Source of the DNA: Candidatus Bathyarchaeia archaeon
GTDB lineage: Archaea > Thermoproteota > Bathyarchaeia > Bathyarchaeales > Bathycorpusculaceae
Reading direction: 5' to 3'
DNA: 64,000 nucleotides
Assembly (NCBI GenBank): GCA_050010515.1
Contig: JBEKKX010000001.1
Coordinates: 32,001-96,000, forward strand
Shown here: in pieces, positions 28,239-38,513 of the stretch
How the letters are laid out: each line of letters opens with the position of its first letter
Numbering within the stretch: the stretch's first letter is position 1
The notes under the pieces: model-generated
What the model was told of the DNA's origin: nothing
The model's input: the letters and a program-made list of their open reading frames with translations, nothing else
Database searches by the model: none
Program-made: the position numbers and the translations under genes

Positions 28239-29720
28239 TTATGGCTGAACTTCATCTAACTCGTAAATTCTCGTTTTCTCCTCGTAACCATTGAGGAATC
28301 TCTTTTTCATGGCATCAGCCATTTTTTGAGCACAGGGGGTGGGATACTTTCCTGTAACGCAGGCTAAACATAGTTGGTCTTCTGTTTGACCTGTAGCACG
28401 TACTAATGCCTCAGTGGATTGGTAGCATACGTCGTCTGCACCTATGATTTTAGCTATTTCCTGAGCGCTGTGTCTTGAGCCGACAAGTTGCCCGTAAGTT
28501 GACATATCAATCCCATAAAAGCAAGGACCAATAATTCGTGGAAAAGTAACGAAGACGTAAACTTTTTTGGCTCCTGATTTTCGTAATTTATCTATAATTA
28601 CTTTGGTTGTGTCGCCTCTGACTATGCTGTCTTCGGTTATTATAACTCGTTTTCCATTAACTTTTGAACCTAAAATGTTGATTTTCTTATCGATTGTTGA
28701 AAAGCGCTCAGCGTTTAGGAGTATGAAGGCTCTCTCGGTAACATAACGGTGCCGTCTTGATGCCCGTTCCCATCGTAAGCCTGATGCTTCATGGACTCCC
28801 ATGGCTGGGTCATCTCCTGTTTCAGGCACGGACAGAATTACTTCACTATCCTTTACTACTTCAGGGTATTCTTTAACAATATTTCTCCCGAATTCTTCAC
28901 GTATTTCGTAAACGTATTTGTCGTCGAACCTTGAATCGGGCCTGGCAAAATAAGCATATTCAAAAGCGCAAAAAGCTTGATGAGGGTTTGGAATGATTTG
29001 GGTGCGTTTGAAGCCGTCCTGTGAAACCGTAACCAATTCTCCTGGTTTCAGTTCGAAATCTCTTACAAAGCTGTTCATGTCTAAGCTTACGGTTTCAGAG
29101 GAAAAAGCGTAGGTTGCCCCAGCAGGGTCATGTCCAGCGCATAGCGGTTTTATTCCAAGCGGGTCTTTGAAGGCGAAAAAGTCGCCGTCTCCGGTTATGC
29201 CTGTTACGGAGAATGCCCCATCTAAGCTTTCCATGACGGAGCGAACGGCAGATACTAAGTCTTTGCCCTGTTTAAGTCCGAGGAGCAGTTTATGACATAC
29301 TATGTCAGAGTCACAGCAATACTGAAAGTCTTGGAAGTTTTCGGTCATCTCTTTTTTCAGCGGCGACGTGTTAACTATGTTGCCGTTAAATGAGAGTGCA
29401 AGTTTTATCCCGTTTTCGCAAGCGGTAACTGGTTGAGTACCTTGAATAAGTGAGGCATCATCACATTTACCCGACGTGGTATATCGAACGTTGCCGATGC
29501 CTATTGACCCTGGAAGGCGCCCGAACCATTCATGTATAACCTCAGTTTTTAATTTCGGAACCAAATCCAAGTTTTTATACACAAAAAATTGCTTGTCGCT
29601 GTATGTGAGGAAGCCGTGTGATTGGTGACCTCGATGGTTTTGGGCTCGGAGACCCCAGTAAACATATGGAAAAACGGGTTGATTTTCATAATTTATTACG
29701 CCAAAGATACCGCAGCCTAT
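28239..29720 (-). CDS. purF: Amidophosphoribosyltransferase; ORF extends upstream of the track call to the catalytic Cys
   Basis: GCGIFG...QNHRGHQSHG, RYTTSG, FNGNI, CAFEYAYFARPDS, EDSIVRGDT, CFYGIDM; probable start ATA at 29720. Confidence 0.93.
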   Translation of the reverse strand: MGCGIFGVINYENQPVFPYVYWGLRAQNHRGHQSHGFLTYSDKQFFVYKNLDLVPKLKTEVIHEWFGRLPGSIGIGNVRYTTSGKCDDASLIQGTQPVTACENGIKLALSFNGNIVNTSPLKKEMTENFQDFQYCCDSDIVCHKLLLGLKQGKDLVSAVRSVMESLDGAFSVTGITGDGDFFAFKDPLGIKPLCAGHDPAGATYAFSSETVSLDMNSFVRDFELKPGELVTVSQDGFKRTQIIPNPHQAFCAFEYAYFARPDSRFDDKYVYEIREEFGRNIVKEYPEVVKDSEVILSVPETGDDPAMGVHEASGLRWERASRRHRYVTERAFILLNAERFSTIDKKINILGSKVNGKRVIITEDSIVRGDTTKVIIDKLRKSGAKKVYVFVTFPRIIGPCFYGIDMSTYGQLVGSRHSAQEIAKIIGADDVCYQSTEALVRATGQTEDQLCLACVTGKYPTPCAQKMADAMKKRFLNGYEEKTRIYELDEVQP

Positions 29721-29883
29721 TTTCGGTTCCCTTCTCGCAGTAAATGGGGATGTAGTGAAAGAAGGGGTTTATCAGCTTTTAGTACATATTTACTTAAAAA
29801 GTATGGAGTTTTTAACATATTAAAGTTTAAAGAAACAAGTCATGAGACGGAGATAAAAGCTTAGTAAAATAAAGGAAGAAAGT

Positions 29884-31317
29884 TTAGGGTTGCCATTTCT
29901 CAATGAGATACTTGGGTATCTCGCTACTGTCGCGTGGTCCAACTTGTACCTTCCAGCCGCTTAACTCTTCGATTTCGCCGCTGATTCTTGATGCTTTGCC
30001 GGGGATGATGATTGTTCTGTGTTTAACTTTGCTTTCTACGCCTGAAGCTTTTATGGCGTCGGCTACGCGTTCAGCGGTTAGTTTTCGTCCTGCGACTCCG
30101 CTGTCGATTGCTGAGCCCTCAGTTTCAACAACAATGAGATACGCGTTAAGTTTGCTGCTTTCTAGGTCTGAAGCAACTGTATAGTATGTTAATGCAAAGT
30201 TGGATGTGAAGAACACTGGAGAGTTTTCGTCCGGAGTCCCGAACACTTTGAGCCCTGGAGCAACCGCAACTGGTTTGCGTGGGTCAGTGTAAATGTTTTG
30301 TCTTAGCACAGTTATCGGTAGCAGTGACCATCCGTCAGCGCCGTGCATTACAAGCACGTCAGCGTACCGTACAACAAGCATTGCGGCTAAGTATGCTTCA
30401 CGCCATTTTATGAGGTCTTCAGCTGTTTCGCCCCTGCCCAGCCAAGCAACCATTGGAACACCCATCAATGGGAAGCCAGCGAGTTCTTCTCCGCCTTTAG
30501 TTGCCGCTCTGCGAAGCATAGTAAAGTTGCTGATAGTATCTGGTAATCCTTCATTCGCGAATGTGCCTGGGTCTAAAACCAAGTCAGTTACACCGTAAGC
30601 CATCAATGTTTTTGCGAGTGAAACCAGCGTGTTCAGGTCATTTGGTGCAGAAACCACCAGTGGGCAACTGTACATTAAGGCGAGTTCCGCCATGTCTTTC
30701 CAGTTTTCTTTGTTAGCCGCATAAAGTAGTGGTCGTGCTTTTGGCGCCGCCATTAATCCTGCTTCAAGAACATTGGAATTCAATGCGCACAGAATCATGG
30801 GCAGTTTAGTTGTTTCAACGACCTTTTTCACGGTTGCTTTGAATTTTTCCGCGTCTCCTGATGTTGAGCGAACGGCAACCATGTCCAGTTTTAGTGTGTA
30901 GCCGATATATTCGAAGCTATAGTTTTCTATGCGTTTAATTCGACTTGCAACTTCCTCGCCGGACATTTGGTCAGTTACATCTATCGCGATGGCTGTCGGG
31001 TTATTATAGGTGAATTCATGGCGGTACATGACTAGTTTGCCGCCTAGTTTCCTAGCTGTGTCTCCGACGCCGACGGTGACTTCTTTGACTGCTGGCTTTA
31101 GCAGTTCTTTTAGTTGGTTGTAGGCTTTCTCGTTCTCTTTCTTTAGCAGCGGTGGGCACTGGTCAATGTTTACTTCGCGGTTGACAATTTTTGTGGCAAA
31201 AGCCATGCAGTTGTCTTGACCGCATTCTTTACAATTAATTTTTGGAAGAAGCTTGTAAACGTCTATGGGGCTTAATTCTTTTAATCCAGCTTTCTTTTTT
31301 TCGCTCATGCTATTCAA
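29884..31317 (-). CDS. cdhE: ACDS gamma subunit (corrinoid Fe-S protein large subunit)
   Basis: LPKINCKECGQDNCMAFA...CPP, YTDPRKP, VGPRDSS. Confidence 0.96.
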   Translation of the reverse strand: MNSMSEKKKAGLKELSPIDVYKLLPKINCKECGQDNCMAFATKIVNREVNIDQCPPLLKKENEKAYNQLKELLKPAVKEVTVGVGDTARKLGGKLVMYRHEFTYNNPTAIAIDVTDQMSGEEVASRIKRIENYSFEYIGYTLKLDMVAVRSTSGDAEKFKATVKKVVETTKLPMILCALNSNVLEAGLMAAPKARPLLYAANKENWKDMAELALMYSCPLVVSAPNDLNTLVSLAKTLMAYGVTDLVLDPGTFANEGLPDTISNFTMLRRAATKGGEELAGFPLMGVPMVAWLGRGETAEDLIKWREAYLAAMLVVRYADVLVMHGADGWSLLPITVLRQNIYTDPRKPVAVAPGLKVFGTPDENSPVFFTSNFALTYYTVASDLESSKLNAYLIVVETEGSAIDSGVAGRKLTAERVADAIKASGVESKVKHRTIIIPGKASRISGEIEELSGWKVQVGPRDSSEIPKYLIEKWQP

Positions 31318-31323
31318 ACTCCT

Positions 31324-32553
31324 TTAAGCCTTTACGCTGACCCAATCAGCAAATTTGGAAGCGTCTGCTTTTTTGCCGCTGGTTAGGTAGTTTGTAACGT
31401 CTTTTAGTGTTTTTACGGCTGCAGGGTGCATCATCATGAATAAGTCAACGCCAGTAAGCAACAGTGTTAAGGCTGTTGTTACTTCCCAGAGTGGACCTCG
31501 GAGCTCGCGTGGTTCCCATTCAGCAGACATTTTTAGCCAAGCTTCTCGTGCTGCCCAGGCATTGGTTGTTCCTGAAGACATTGGGTGAGCTAATTCAACG
31601 TCACCCATTAATCCACCGAGCCTTGCACGTTCCATATTAGTGAATGCATAATCTAGGCCGTAGCCTAACGCGGCAGTGGTTAAGTCCATGACGATGTCTT
31701 CTCTTCCCAAAAAGTCGTATAGTCGCCTGTTAAGTTCCCGTGCCAAATTCAAGTCCATAGGAGTGAAAGATAACGCGACATGCCCGTTCTTTTTAATGTA
31801 CTTTGCACAGCGCTCAACATCCATATCCCTTGTTATCGAACTAATGAGGAAACGCTCGCCTGGGAAAGCTTCACATATGGCCTCGAAAACGTCTGCGTCT
31901 TTAACTGGGTCACCGCAACCACCGATAACTAGCGGAACATCAACGGCTTGCAGAACTTTTTCAACTGTTTTTACCGCGTCTTTTGGTGTAGCATCTTTGA
32001 GTAGCGGATCAATGCTGATTAAGTGAATTGTAACCATGTCCGCGGCGAACTTGTCCACTGCAAGCTTTGCCCATGCCGCTGGGTCACCGATCACGTCTTT
32101 GACGTGCATTTTCACCGCTTTGCTTAAGGGAACTTCCATGTCGAAAACGTCAAGAGTGATTACTGGTTTGTGAGTGGTTGGTCGCTCAAAATTGTAGAAT
32201 GCAGGCGATGTCTCGCCACCTATTACAAATGATCTTCCGCGCGTTCCGCCTTCGCTTCTTGTTGCCCCAAGTCTTACTTCAGTAATCTTGTTTGGATAGG
32301 TTTCAACTGGAGGTATGAAAGCTGCCTGTAACATGGCAGTGGGTTTTCCGCCTGCTAAGCTTGGAAGCTTGATTTTGGGCATTATTTGCCCAGCCATTCC
32401 CGGCTCAAAGATTATTTCGAGTTCCTTGACGTCCATTTCGAAATCTTGCAGCTCGATCTGCTGAAATTTTGCAAGCGCTTCCAGTAAATCGCTGCTGAGT
32501 TTTAATCCTTCATCCTCTTTTTTCTTAGCGTCATCTTGAGGCAATGAGGTCAC
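31324..32553 (-). CDS. cdhD: ACDS delta subunit (corrinoid Fe-S protein small subunit)
   Basis: ALGYGLDY, AWAAREAW, RGPLWE, MMMHP. Confidence 0.95.
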   Translation of the reverse strand: MTSLPQDDAKKKEDEGLKLSSDLLEALAKFQQIELQDFEMDVKELEIIFEPGMAGQIMPKIKLPSLAGGKPTAMLQAAFIPPVETYPNKITEVRLGATRSEGGTRGRSFVIGGETSPAFYNFERPTTHKPVITLDVFDMEVPLSKAVKMHVKDVIGDPAAWAKLAVDKFAADMVTIHLISIDPLLKDATPKDAVKTVEKVLQAVDVPLVIGGCGDPVKDADVFEAICEAFPGERFLISSITRDMDVERCAKYIKKNGHVALSFTPMDLNLARELNRRLYDFLGREDIVMDLTTAALGYGLDYAFTNMERARLGGLMGDVELAHPMSSGTTNAWAAREAWLKMSAEWEPRELRGPLWEVTTALTLLLTGVDLFMMMHPAAVKTLKDVTNYLTSGKKADASKFADWVSVKA

Positions 32554-33965
32554 CGCTTCTCTGATTTATCGCTCTTTATCGTTTGGATTATGACTGTTTT
32601 AGCGTAGATTTTTGCGTCTTTGAGAATGATTTTGAATCCGCCAGCCATTATTGGCAGTGACGCTGCTGTGGCAACCGGCATCATTGTGCCTGCTGCTTCT
32701 TCTTTAACCTCTACGGCTTCTGCTTCTGCTGCTGGAGCTTCTTCGGCTGTCCATCTTGCGACTACTGGGTGGTTCTTGTCCTTTAGGAATGCTTTCAACG
32801 CATCGACGCCCGTTGCGTTTTCTTCAGTGGCAATTTTGTCAACGACGTCTTGGGGTATGAAGTCTTTTACTCGTTCTTTAACTTCTTTTGGAAGCCAGAC
32901 TATGCGGTTCCAGCCGCCGTCTGCAGATAGGAACTTTTTGCTACGCATGTATTCAATTGACATTCCGTGGAAGCCGTCTATCTGTCGTCCGCCAGCGGTG
33001 GAGTCAGCGATTGTTGAGAATGGTAAACCGTTTACTGTTACGCCTTTGAAGCTTCTGTTTACGACGCCGAAGCCGTCTACTTCTGGAATGTAGAATGCTA
33101 CTGCCTCGAAGCATCCGCATGAAGTGTGTGGGTGATCGAACGCTGTGTATAGCCAGACTTGGTTCACTTCGCCCATAGTGCGTTTTTTAGCCATTTCGTT
33201 AACGCCGCTAAACTCGCCCTTTTCAGCGTTTATTAATTGGCCTCTGTCGATTGCGAATACTGGTCCTTTAGGATCAATGTTTGCTGAGGCTTTTCCGTCA
33301 AACCAGCTGATGGCGCCGCAGTTAGAATATCTTTGCGGGGTGATGATGCAAACATGGGTTGGAGCAAATGATTGGCATAAGGTGCAACCGTAAAATTTGT
33401 CGACGTCTTCGTCTTTGAGGCCTCTTGCTTTAGCGTCACGTGATTCGTAATCTTGCATTGCTTCTGGGTAGAGTTCTGACAATTTAGCAGGATCTGTTAT
33501 GAAGGTAACTTGTACTTTCTCGATTATGGGGAGTTCGCTTTTGAATAAGCGGCAGAGTACTTTGCCGATTGGTTCAAAACTGTTTAAGCCTTTTTGGAAT
33601 GATTTTTTGCTTAAGCGTATCCAGATGTCATAGCGCTGGTTTAAGTGCATCAAGCCCTCAACGTAGTTTAAATAGCCATGAATTCGTCTTTCAATGACGC
33701 CTTCAAGGCCTTGATCGAGAGTTGCACCTGCAGCTTCAACAAGAATGCCGAGTGGGTATGCGCCGCCTTCTTTGAGGTCTTTTATGTCTGGGCCTATAAT
33801 GGTGATTTTGCCGTCTTCTATTTCGTCCATTGGTTTTACTTTTGCTAGTTCAAACTTTTCTTTAACTGATGGACCGCCAAATTCTACTTGCATGTCGTTT
33901 CTTCTAATGCGTTCGCCTTCGTAGATTACGCCAACATCAACAGGTATATCTTTAAACATTGACAT
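32550..33965 (-). CDS. cdhC: ACDS beta subunit (acetyl-CoA synthase)
   Basis: YEGERIR, CTLCQSFAPTHVC, HTSCGCFE; start refined to MSMFKDIP. Confidence 0.96.
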   Translation of the reverse strand: MSMFKDIPVDVGVIYEGERIRRNDMQVEFGGPSVKEKFELAKVKPMDEIEDGKITIIGPDIKDLKEGGAYPLGILVEAAGATLDQGLEGVIERRIHGYLNYVEGLMHLNQRYDIWIRLSKKSFQKGLNSFEPIGKVLCRLFKSELPIIEKVQVTFITDPAKLSELYPEAMQDYESRDAKARGLKDEDVDKFYGCTLCQSFAPTHVCIITPQRYSNCGAISWFDGKASANIDPKGPVFAIDRGQLINAEKGEFSGVNEMAKKRTMGEVNQVWLYTAFDHPHTSCGCFEAVAFYIPEVDGFGVVNRSFKGVTVNGLPFSTIADSTAGGRQIDGFHGMSIEYMRSKKFLSADGGWNRIVWLPKEVKERVKDFIPQDVVDKIATEENATGVDALKAFLKDKNHPVVARWTAEEAPAAEAEAVEVKEEAAGTMMPVATAASLPIMAGGFKIILKDAKIYAKTVIIQTIKSDKSEKR

Positions 33966-33969
33966 TTTT

Positions 33970-34512
33970 TTATTGTCCTCCTTCAAATTTTGAAGATATG
34001 ACTGTGAGATTTGCAGCCCATTCCTCGAGGGTTGCGTTTGGGAAAGACCAGCTTGCATGCGGATGATACAAGTTGTCCAGAGTCATGGTCTTTTGGCAAG
34101 GAGCGAAGTGCATTAGTCCTGAAAGGATTAGTTCTTCCATGTAGAATGGGAGACCTACAAACATGACTAGGTCGTATGGGCCTTTGCCGTCAAGTCCTTT
34201 CCATTCGGGGTCAACTATACGATTGCCGATGTCCATGGCAGACATGAAGCCTGCTGGTTGGTAACCGCGTTTTAGGAATTCGCCGACCATGTGCGCTGTA
34301 GCGACCACTGGAACTTTTGATGCGTTAGCGAAGTCAATCAGGTACTCGATTAGTTGTTTGCCTTCCATGTATCGTTCAGTAGCATAGCTGCCCACGATGA
34401 GCAGTGGACGGGAGGCTTTTTTGATCATTGCTACTGCTATCTCAGGTTTCTGTATGGGGTTTGCTTTCTTTGTTGCGGCTATCTCTGCACATTGCCAAGG
34501 TTCACATGCCAT
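33970..34512 (-). CDS. cdhB: ACDS epsilon subunit
   Basis: IKKASRPLLIVG, WKGLDGKGPYDL, HASWSFPN; lies between cdhA and cdhC. Confidence 0.93.
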   Translation of the reverse strand: MACEPWQCAEIAATKKANPIQKPEIAVAMIKKASRPLLIVGSYATERYMEGKQLIEYLIDFANASKVPVVATAHMVGEFLKRGYQPAGFMSAMDIGNRIVDPEWKGLDGKGPYDLVMFVGLPFYMEELILSGLMHFAPCQKTMTLDNLYHPHASWSFPNATLEEWAANLTVISSKFEGGQ

Positions 34513-34518
34513 ATCTTA

Positions 34519-36867
34519 TCACTCCTTCATTTTACGAATCATTCTTGGAAGCAATGTCGGGTCAGGAATTACTGTTTCCTTCCAATCGTGTGCTTCCAGT
34601 ATCTTGGTAAATTCATCTTTAAGTGTCATTGGCACATCAGCCATCGTTCTCACCAACAAATGCAAATCCTGCGGCATGCATCCGTAGTGGCGTTTGTGTA
34701 GGTCAACGTAGTGGCTTAGTTTTATGCTGCGGCCTTTCCATGTGTCGTTTGGTCTTATGCAGAGCTTTGCGATGGAGACCATTGCTTCTTGTGGCGTTTC
34801 AACTGTTTGGAACAGGTGTTCAGGTGCTGGGCCAACGTTAACTTTGTTGCCTGTGCGGGCATCGTAAACTTCCCAATCTTCAGGCTTGTCTTCTCTGCCA
34901 AGGAGCATACGCCTGTATTTTGCACCGTGTGGACCAACAAGCACTGGGATTCCTAAGCGCCAGAATCCAGCTGCGATTGCCGCGGCTTTCTGTGAGTATG
35001 CACCCCACGCAAGGCCGACTGCACCTAAGCGGTTGTATATGTAATCGGCGATTTCCTCGTAGTTGCCTCTGAGGTTGCGTTTGGCAAAAATGTTTGCTAC
35101 TTTGATGGCTGCGCCTGCTATATGCGAGTTTGCTACGCATGAACCGACGTTTAGCACACCTCCAGCTTCGAATCCGCCTGGGAATTCCTCGTAGAGTGTT
35201 TTGCCTTCGCTGTTGCGGTAGCTGCCTGCAGACATGGCTGAGCATCCAGATGTTACAACGATGTATCGTCTGCTGGCGAATTCTCTGCATATGTCGTAAA
35301 CATCTTTGCCTCCGTGCGGATAATTGCTACATCCTACAACTGCCAATATGCCCGGGATTTCCCCGAGGACGATTGGGCTACCGACGTTTCGGATTTCGAC
35401 ATCTTGCACTGCTCCTCTACCGGCACGGCAAAAGTTATTTTCTTCAAGCATGAATTTTTCGCCAGCTTTCACTATGAAGCTGTGAATGTTTAGTTTAACT
35501 GGACATGCTTCTTCGCATCTTCCACATCCAATACAGTACTCATATAGGTCGGTTAGTTGTGCAAGGTTTCCTTCGGCTGCTGCCTTTAGGGCTTGTGGGA
35601 TTTTAAGGTCTTGTGGACAGCTTCTGCGGCACATGTCGCATTGCCTGCACGTCTTAGATAATTGCTTAATCTCATCTAAGCTTGGAAGATTGTTCATTTT
35701 TTTGCGGATTGGAGCGATTTGTTGTGCTACTCTTACGGCTACTTCGCCGACTTTTTCTGGATCAAGGATCAACACGCCTGCCGCTTTGCCGCTTACAAGG
35801 TCAGCGACGATTTCGTCCGCTGAGTCATCTGTGCGGTTCTTGAAACCCATGCAGTTCTTCTCTGATGCGGCGATGACTGGAGCGTGAACTTTGCGTGCTT
35901 CGTCAAAAGCGTCTGTTCGGACACATTGCTCATCTAAAACGACAACGTCTGCGAATCCAGCTCTTATGAATCGTAGTTGCCAACTGATTGGGCCGACGAT
36001 TTTGCCTCGGTTATAGTACCTTGTGATGTCGAAGGCGGTGCAGCATAGACCAATTACTTCTATTTTGTCATCGACTTTGTTATCTTTTGCGTAGTCTATG
36101 ATTCCAACGGATGGAATTACGTTGTGACCAATGCACATGATAACTGGCTTAGAGGTATCGACACTACCTATGCCTAGTTGTATGAGAGGAGCCTCAGGGT
36201 CAGCTTTTGGAAAGCCCAATGTCGAAATTTGGATAATATCTCCGACTTCCATGCCAACATGATCTATCATACCTACGTGGAAGGCTTTGGATTCAAAATC
36301 AAGGTTGTTGCCTTCTTGCCCTGTGTGCGCTACTGCTACTGCTTGAGTAATTTGCTCTTCAGCGTACTCCAAAACTTCCTCCATGTCTCCAAGAGTCTGA
36401 GGCTTTATACCAGTAACAAGTCTGGTAACTGGCGCTTCAACTTTGATGTTTAAGCCACCTACATCTAAGGGGTATCGGCTGCCGTATTTTTCGACCAAGT
36501 GATGAAGCATGTGACGGGCATGAGCCGTGTGGGTTGCTGCACCAATGCAACAGGCCAAAAGCACTATACGTGAAGACTGAGCACCGATGTCTAAGCCGCA
36601 TGCACCACGCTTTCCAGCTGTCAAATCGCATTTTCCAAAAGTGCAAAGACAGCAAAGATCACAATCAGGCATATAGAAAGGTTTGTACCTGGTGAGGAGC
36701 CTCATGTCCCAGTCTCGCAGGGTACTCATTGATGGCATTGGAGTTGGACCCATGGATTCCGTCCAGTTGTCAGTGGCAACTTTGCCTATAGATAATTCAA
36801 GATTTTTAATGAGACTACTGCTAGTCTTCATTTCGTCAATTTTTATACTAACGTTTTTACTAGTCAA
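34519..36867 (-). CDS. cdhA: ACDS alpha subunit (Ni-CO dehydrogenase)
   Basis: CDLCCLCTFGKC, HTAHARH, GLCCT, DEQC, two ferredoxin motifs, GSCVANSH. Confidence 0.97.
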   Translation of the reverse strand: MTSKNVSIKIDEMKTSSSLIKNLELSIGKVATDNWTESMGPTPMPSMSTLRDWDMRLLTRYKPFYMPDCDLCCLCTFGKCDLTAGKRGACGLDIGAQSSRIVLLACCIGAATHTAHARHMLHHLVEKYGSRYPLDVGGLNIKVEAPVTRLVTGIKPQTLGDMEEVLEYAEEQITQAVAVAHTGQEGNNLDFESKAFHVGMIDHVGMEVGDIIQISTLGFPKADPEAPLIQLGIGSVDTSKPVIMCIGHNVIPSVGIIDYAKDNKVDDKIEVIGLCCTAFDITRYYNRGKIVGPISWQLRFIRAGFADVVVLDEQCVRTDAFDEARKVHAPVIAASEKNCMGFKNRTDDSADEIVADLVSGKAAGVLILDPEKVGEVAVRVAQQIAPIRKKMNNLPSLDEIKQLSKTCRQCDMCRRSCPQDLKIPQALKAAAEGNLAQLTDLYEYCIGCGRCEEACPVKLNIHSFIVKAGEKFMLEENNFCRAGRGAVQDVEIRNVGSPIVLGEIPGILAVVGCSNYPHGGKDVYDICREFASRRYIVVTSGCSAMSAGSYRNSEGKTLYEEFPGGFEAGGVLNVGSCVANSHIAGAAIKVANIFAKRNLRGNYEEIADYIYNRLGAVGLAWGAYSQKAAAIAAGFWRLGIPVLVGPHGAKYRRMLLGREDKPEDWEVYDARTGNKVNVGPAPEHLFQTVETPQEAMVSIAKLCIRPNDTWKGRSIKLSHYVDLHKRHYGCMPQDLHLLVRTMADVPMTLKDEFTKILEAHDWKETVIPDPTLLPRMIRKMKE

Positions 36868-37241
36868 ATTAAGAAACCTCTGTAAAGGTTTAGCTATAAA
36901 CCCATTACAATCTTTTTAAACCTTTCCAAATTTTTAGGCAAAAGTCATGTTGTAGCTATAGATATGGAAGGTTTCCGAAAAATTGTGTAAAAAACACATA
37001 TGCCCATAACCAGCAGGGATTGTTTGAGAAGCTACTGATTCGGAGGATACCCTCACCAAGCTCAACGTTAAGCAATACAAACGCTCACGGCACACAAAAC
37101 TCTCCGTATAGCAGTAAATACGTCTAAGATAATTAAACTGTTTGCCATAAATAGAATGGGTTAATTATTTGATGGGGAAGGGGTTGTTTGGATCGGATAT
37201 GCTTACTTGGTAGAAGGAAAGAGCGATTGTGGATTTCTTTG

Positions 37242-37526
37242 TTATAGAGTTTTTGCAACTTCGCTTAAGGGTTGAACTGGCCTCACTTCAACTGCCATCT
37301 GACCGAAAAACTTTGAAACTGTCTTGGGGCTGTCCGCCTCTATTGTGAAGAAGCCTTTGTGATCAGCTGCTGTGTCTTTCGGGCAGCTCATGTAGGCAGC
37401 GGCTATTTTGATTCCTGCTTTCTTGACGTTCTCGTCGGAGAACAGATTTTTGATCATGTTTTTGCCTTCAGATGTCAGCAGAGGACACTGAGACGCTTTG
37501 TGTGTATGTGTTGCCTCAAATAACAC
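37242..37526 (-). CDS. Small hypothetical protein with HxHxxxxCP motif
   Basis: GGAGGTGA RBS before GTG; same strand as its neighbours. Confidence 0.7.
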   Translation of the reverse strand: MLFEATHTHKASQCPLLTSEGKNMIKNLFSDENVKKAGIKIAAAYMSCPKDTAADHKGFFTIEADSPKTVSKFFGQMAVEVRPVQPLSEVAKTL

Positions 37527-37570
37527 TCAATCACCTCCTTTTTTCCTTGAAAAAGCAAGATCAGACAGGT

Positions 37571-37999
37571 TTATTCTGATTTTCCTTCGAATTCAACTTT
37601 TACAGGAATTGGGTCTTTGAAAATGTACAAGACTGGACAGTTCGCTTCGGTTCTTCTCCAAGCGGCGTCTAACAGTTCCTTCCTTGCTTTAGAGGACGCG
37701 TTCACCTTCATAGTTACGCCACTTACAATTGGGGAATCAGGAGATTTTTCGGCGTCAACAGTAACTTCCACTTTGCTGAGCTCTATGTTGCTTTTTTTGC
37801 AAACATCAGCAAAGATTGTTACGCCACAGTCAGCTAAAGCCATCATGCTTAATTCAAGCGCTGTTGGACCCGTATCTGTTCCGCCTGCTGCTGTTGACAT
37901 GTCGCAGACTACCCTATGCGTTCTTTGGTTATCAACTATTGAGCGAACGTTTTCAACCCAAGTTGCTTTTGCCTTAATTTTGGGCATTTTATTCACCAA
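37571..37999 (-). CDS. OsmC/Ohr-family protein
   Basis: GGTDTGPTALEL...LADC...NCPV. Confidence 0.85.
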   Translation of the reverse strand: MVNKMPKIKAKATWVENVRSIVDNQRTHRVVCDMSTAAGGTDTGPTALELSMMALADCGVTIFADVCKKSNIELSKVEVTVDAEKSPDSPIVSGVTMKVNASSKARKELLDAAWRRTEANCPVLYIFKDPIPVKVEFEGKSE

Positions 38000-38045
38000 T
38001 TTAACTTATCATTTAATTGATTTAAGTTTGTCTTCGGTTGCACTG

Positions 38046-38465
38046 TTAATGAGAATGATGGTGCTCAAGGGCATGTTCATAATGAGAGTGATGGTGCTCA
38101 AGGGCATGTTCACAACCGTCTATTAATTCTTTTAATTTGTCTTCATTGAAGGAATTAACATTTCCTTTAACAGTTTCTTCCGTGGCTTTCAGTACAGTAA
38201 CTCCAGCATTTTGAAAACTTGTCAAACCTCCAGGTCCCATGCCGCAAGCGACGATTACATCCGGTTTTAGTGCCAGAAGATTCTCGTGTGGGTGCCCTGT
38301 GCCTCCATGATGTTCGCCTTTGTTTGCTTCTGTCTTCGTGCTTAGGATTTCGCCGTTTTCGTTTAGGTCGACAACTGCAAAGAATGGGGCTCTTCCAAAA
38401 TGTTCTGCTACGTGCGCTTCTAAGCCTTTTTCATCTTCAACGGGGATTACAATTCTTTTTGTCAT
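38046..38465 (-). CDS. NifB/NifX-family metal-cluster-binding protein with His-rich tail
   Basis: HFGRAPFF, GMGPG; C-terminal HALEHHHSH twice. Confidence 0.88.
   Translation of the reverse strand: MTKRIVIPVEDEKGLEAHVAEHFGRAPFFAVVDLNENGEILSTKTEANKGEHHGGTGHPHENLLALKPDVIVACGMGPGGLTSFQNAGVTVLKATEETVKGNVNSFNEDKLKELIDGCEHALEHHHSHYEHALEHHHSH
38047..38112. repeat. 33-bp tandem duplication encoding EHALEHHHSH twice
   Basis: taatgagaatgatggtgctcaagggcatgttca / taatgagagtgatggtgctcaagggcatgttca, one mismatch. Confidence 0.95.
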
Positions 38466-38513
38466 TTCAAATAACCTTCTTTTTGGTATTTTTCATGTTT
38501 AGTTAACCACAAT

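Noticed and set aside
33966-34058. N-terminal extension of cdhC in the track
   Set aside because: It overlaps cdhB; ATG 33965 follows a GGAGG RBS.
37617-38126. 169-aa plus-strand ORF with repeated MRxMVLKGMF
   Set aside because: Antisense to the OsmC and NifX-like genes; the repeat is the His-tail duplication read backwards.
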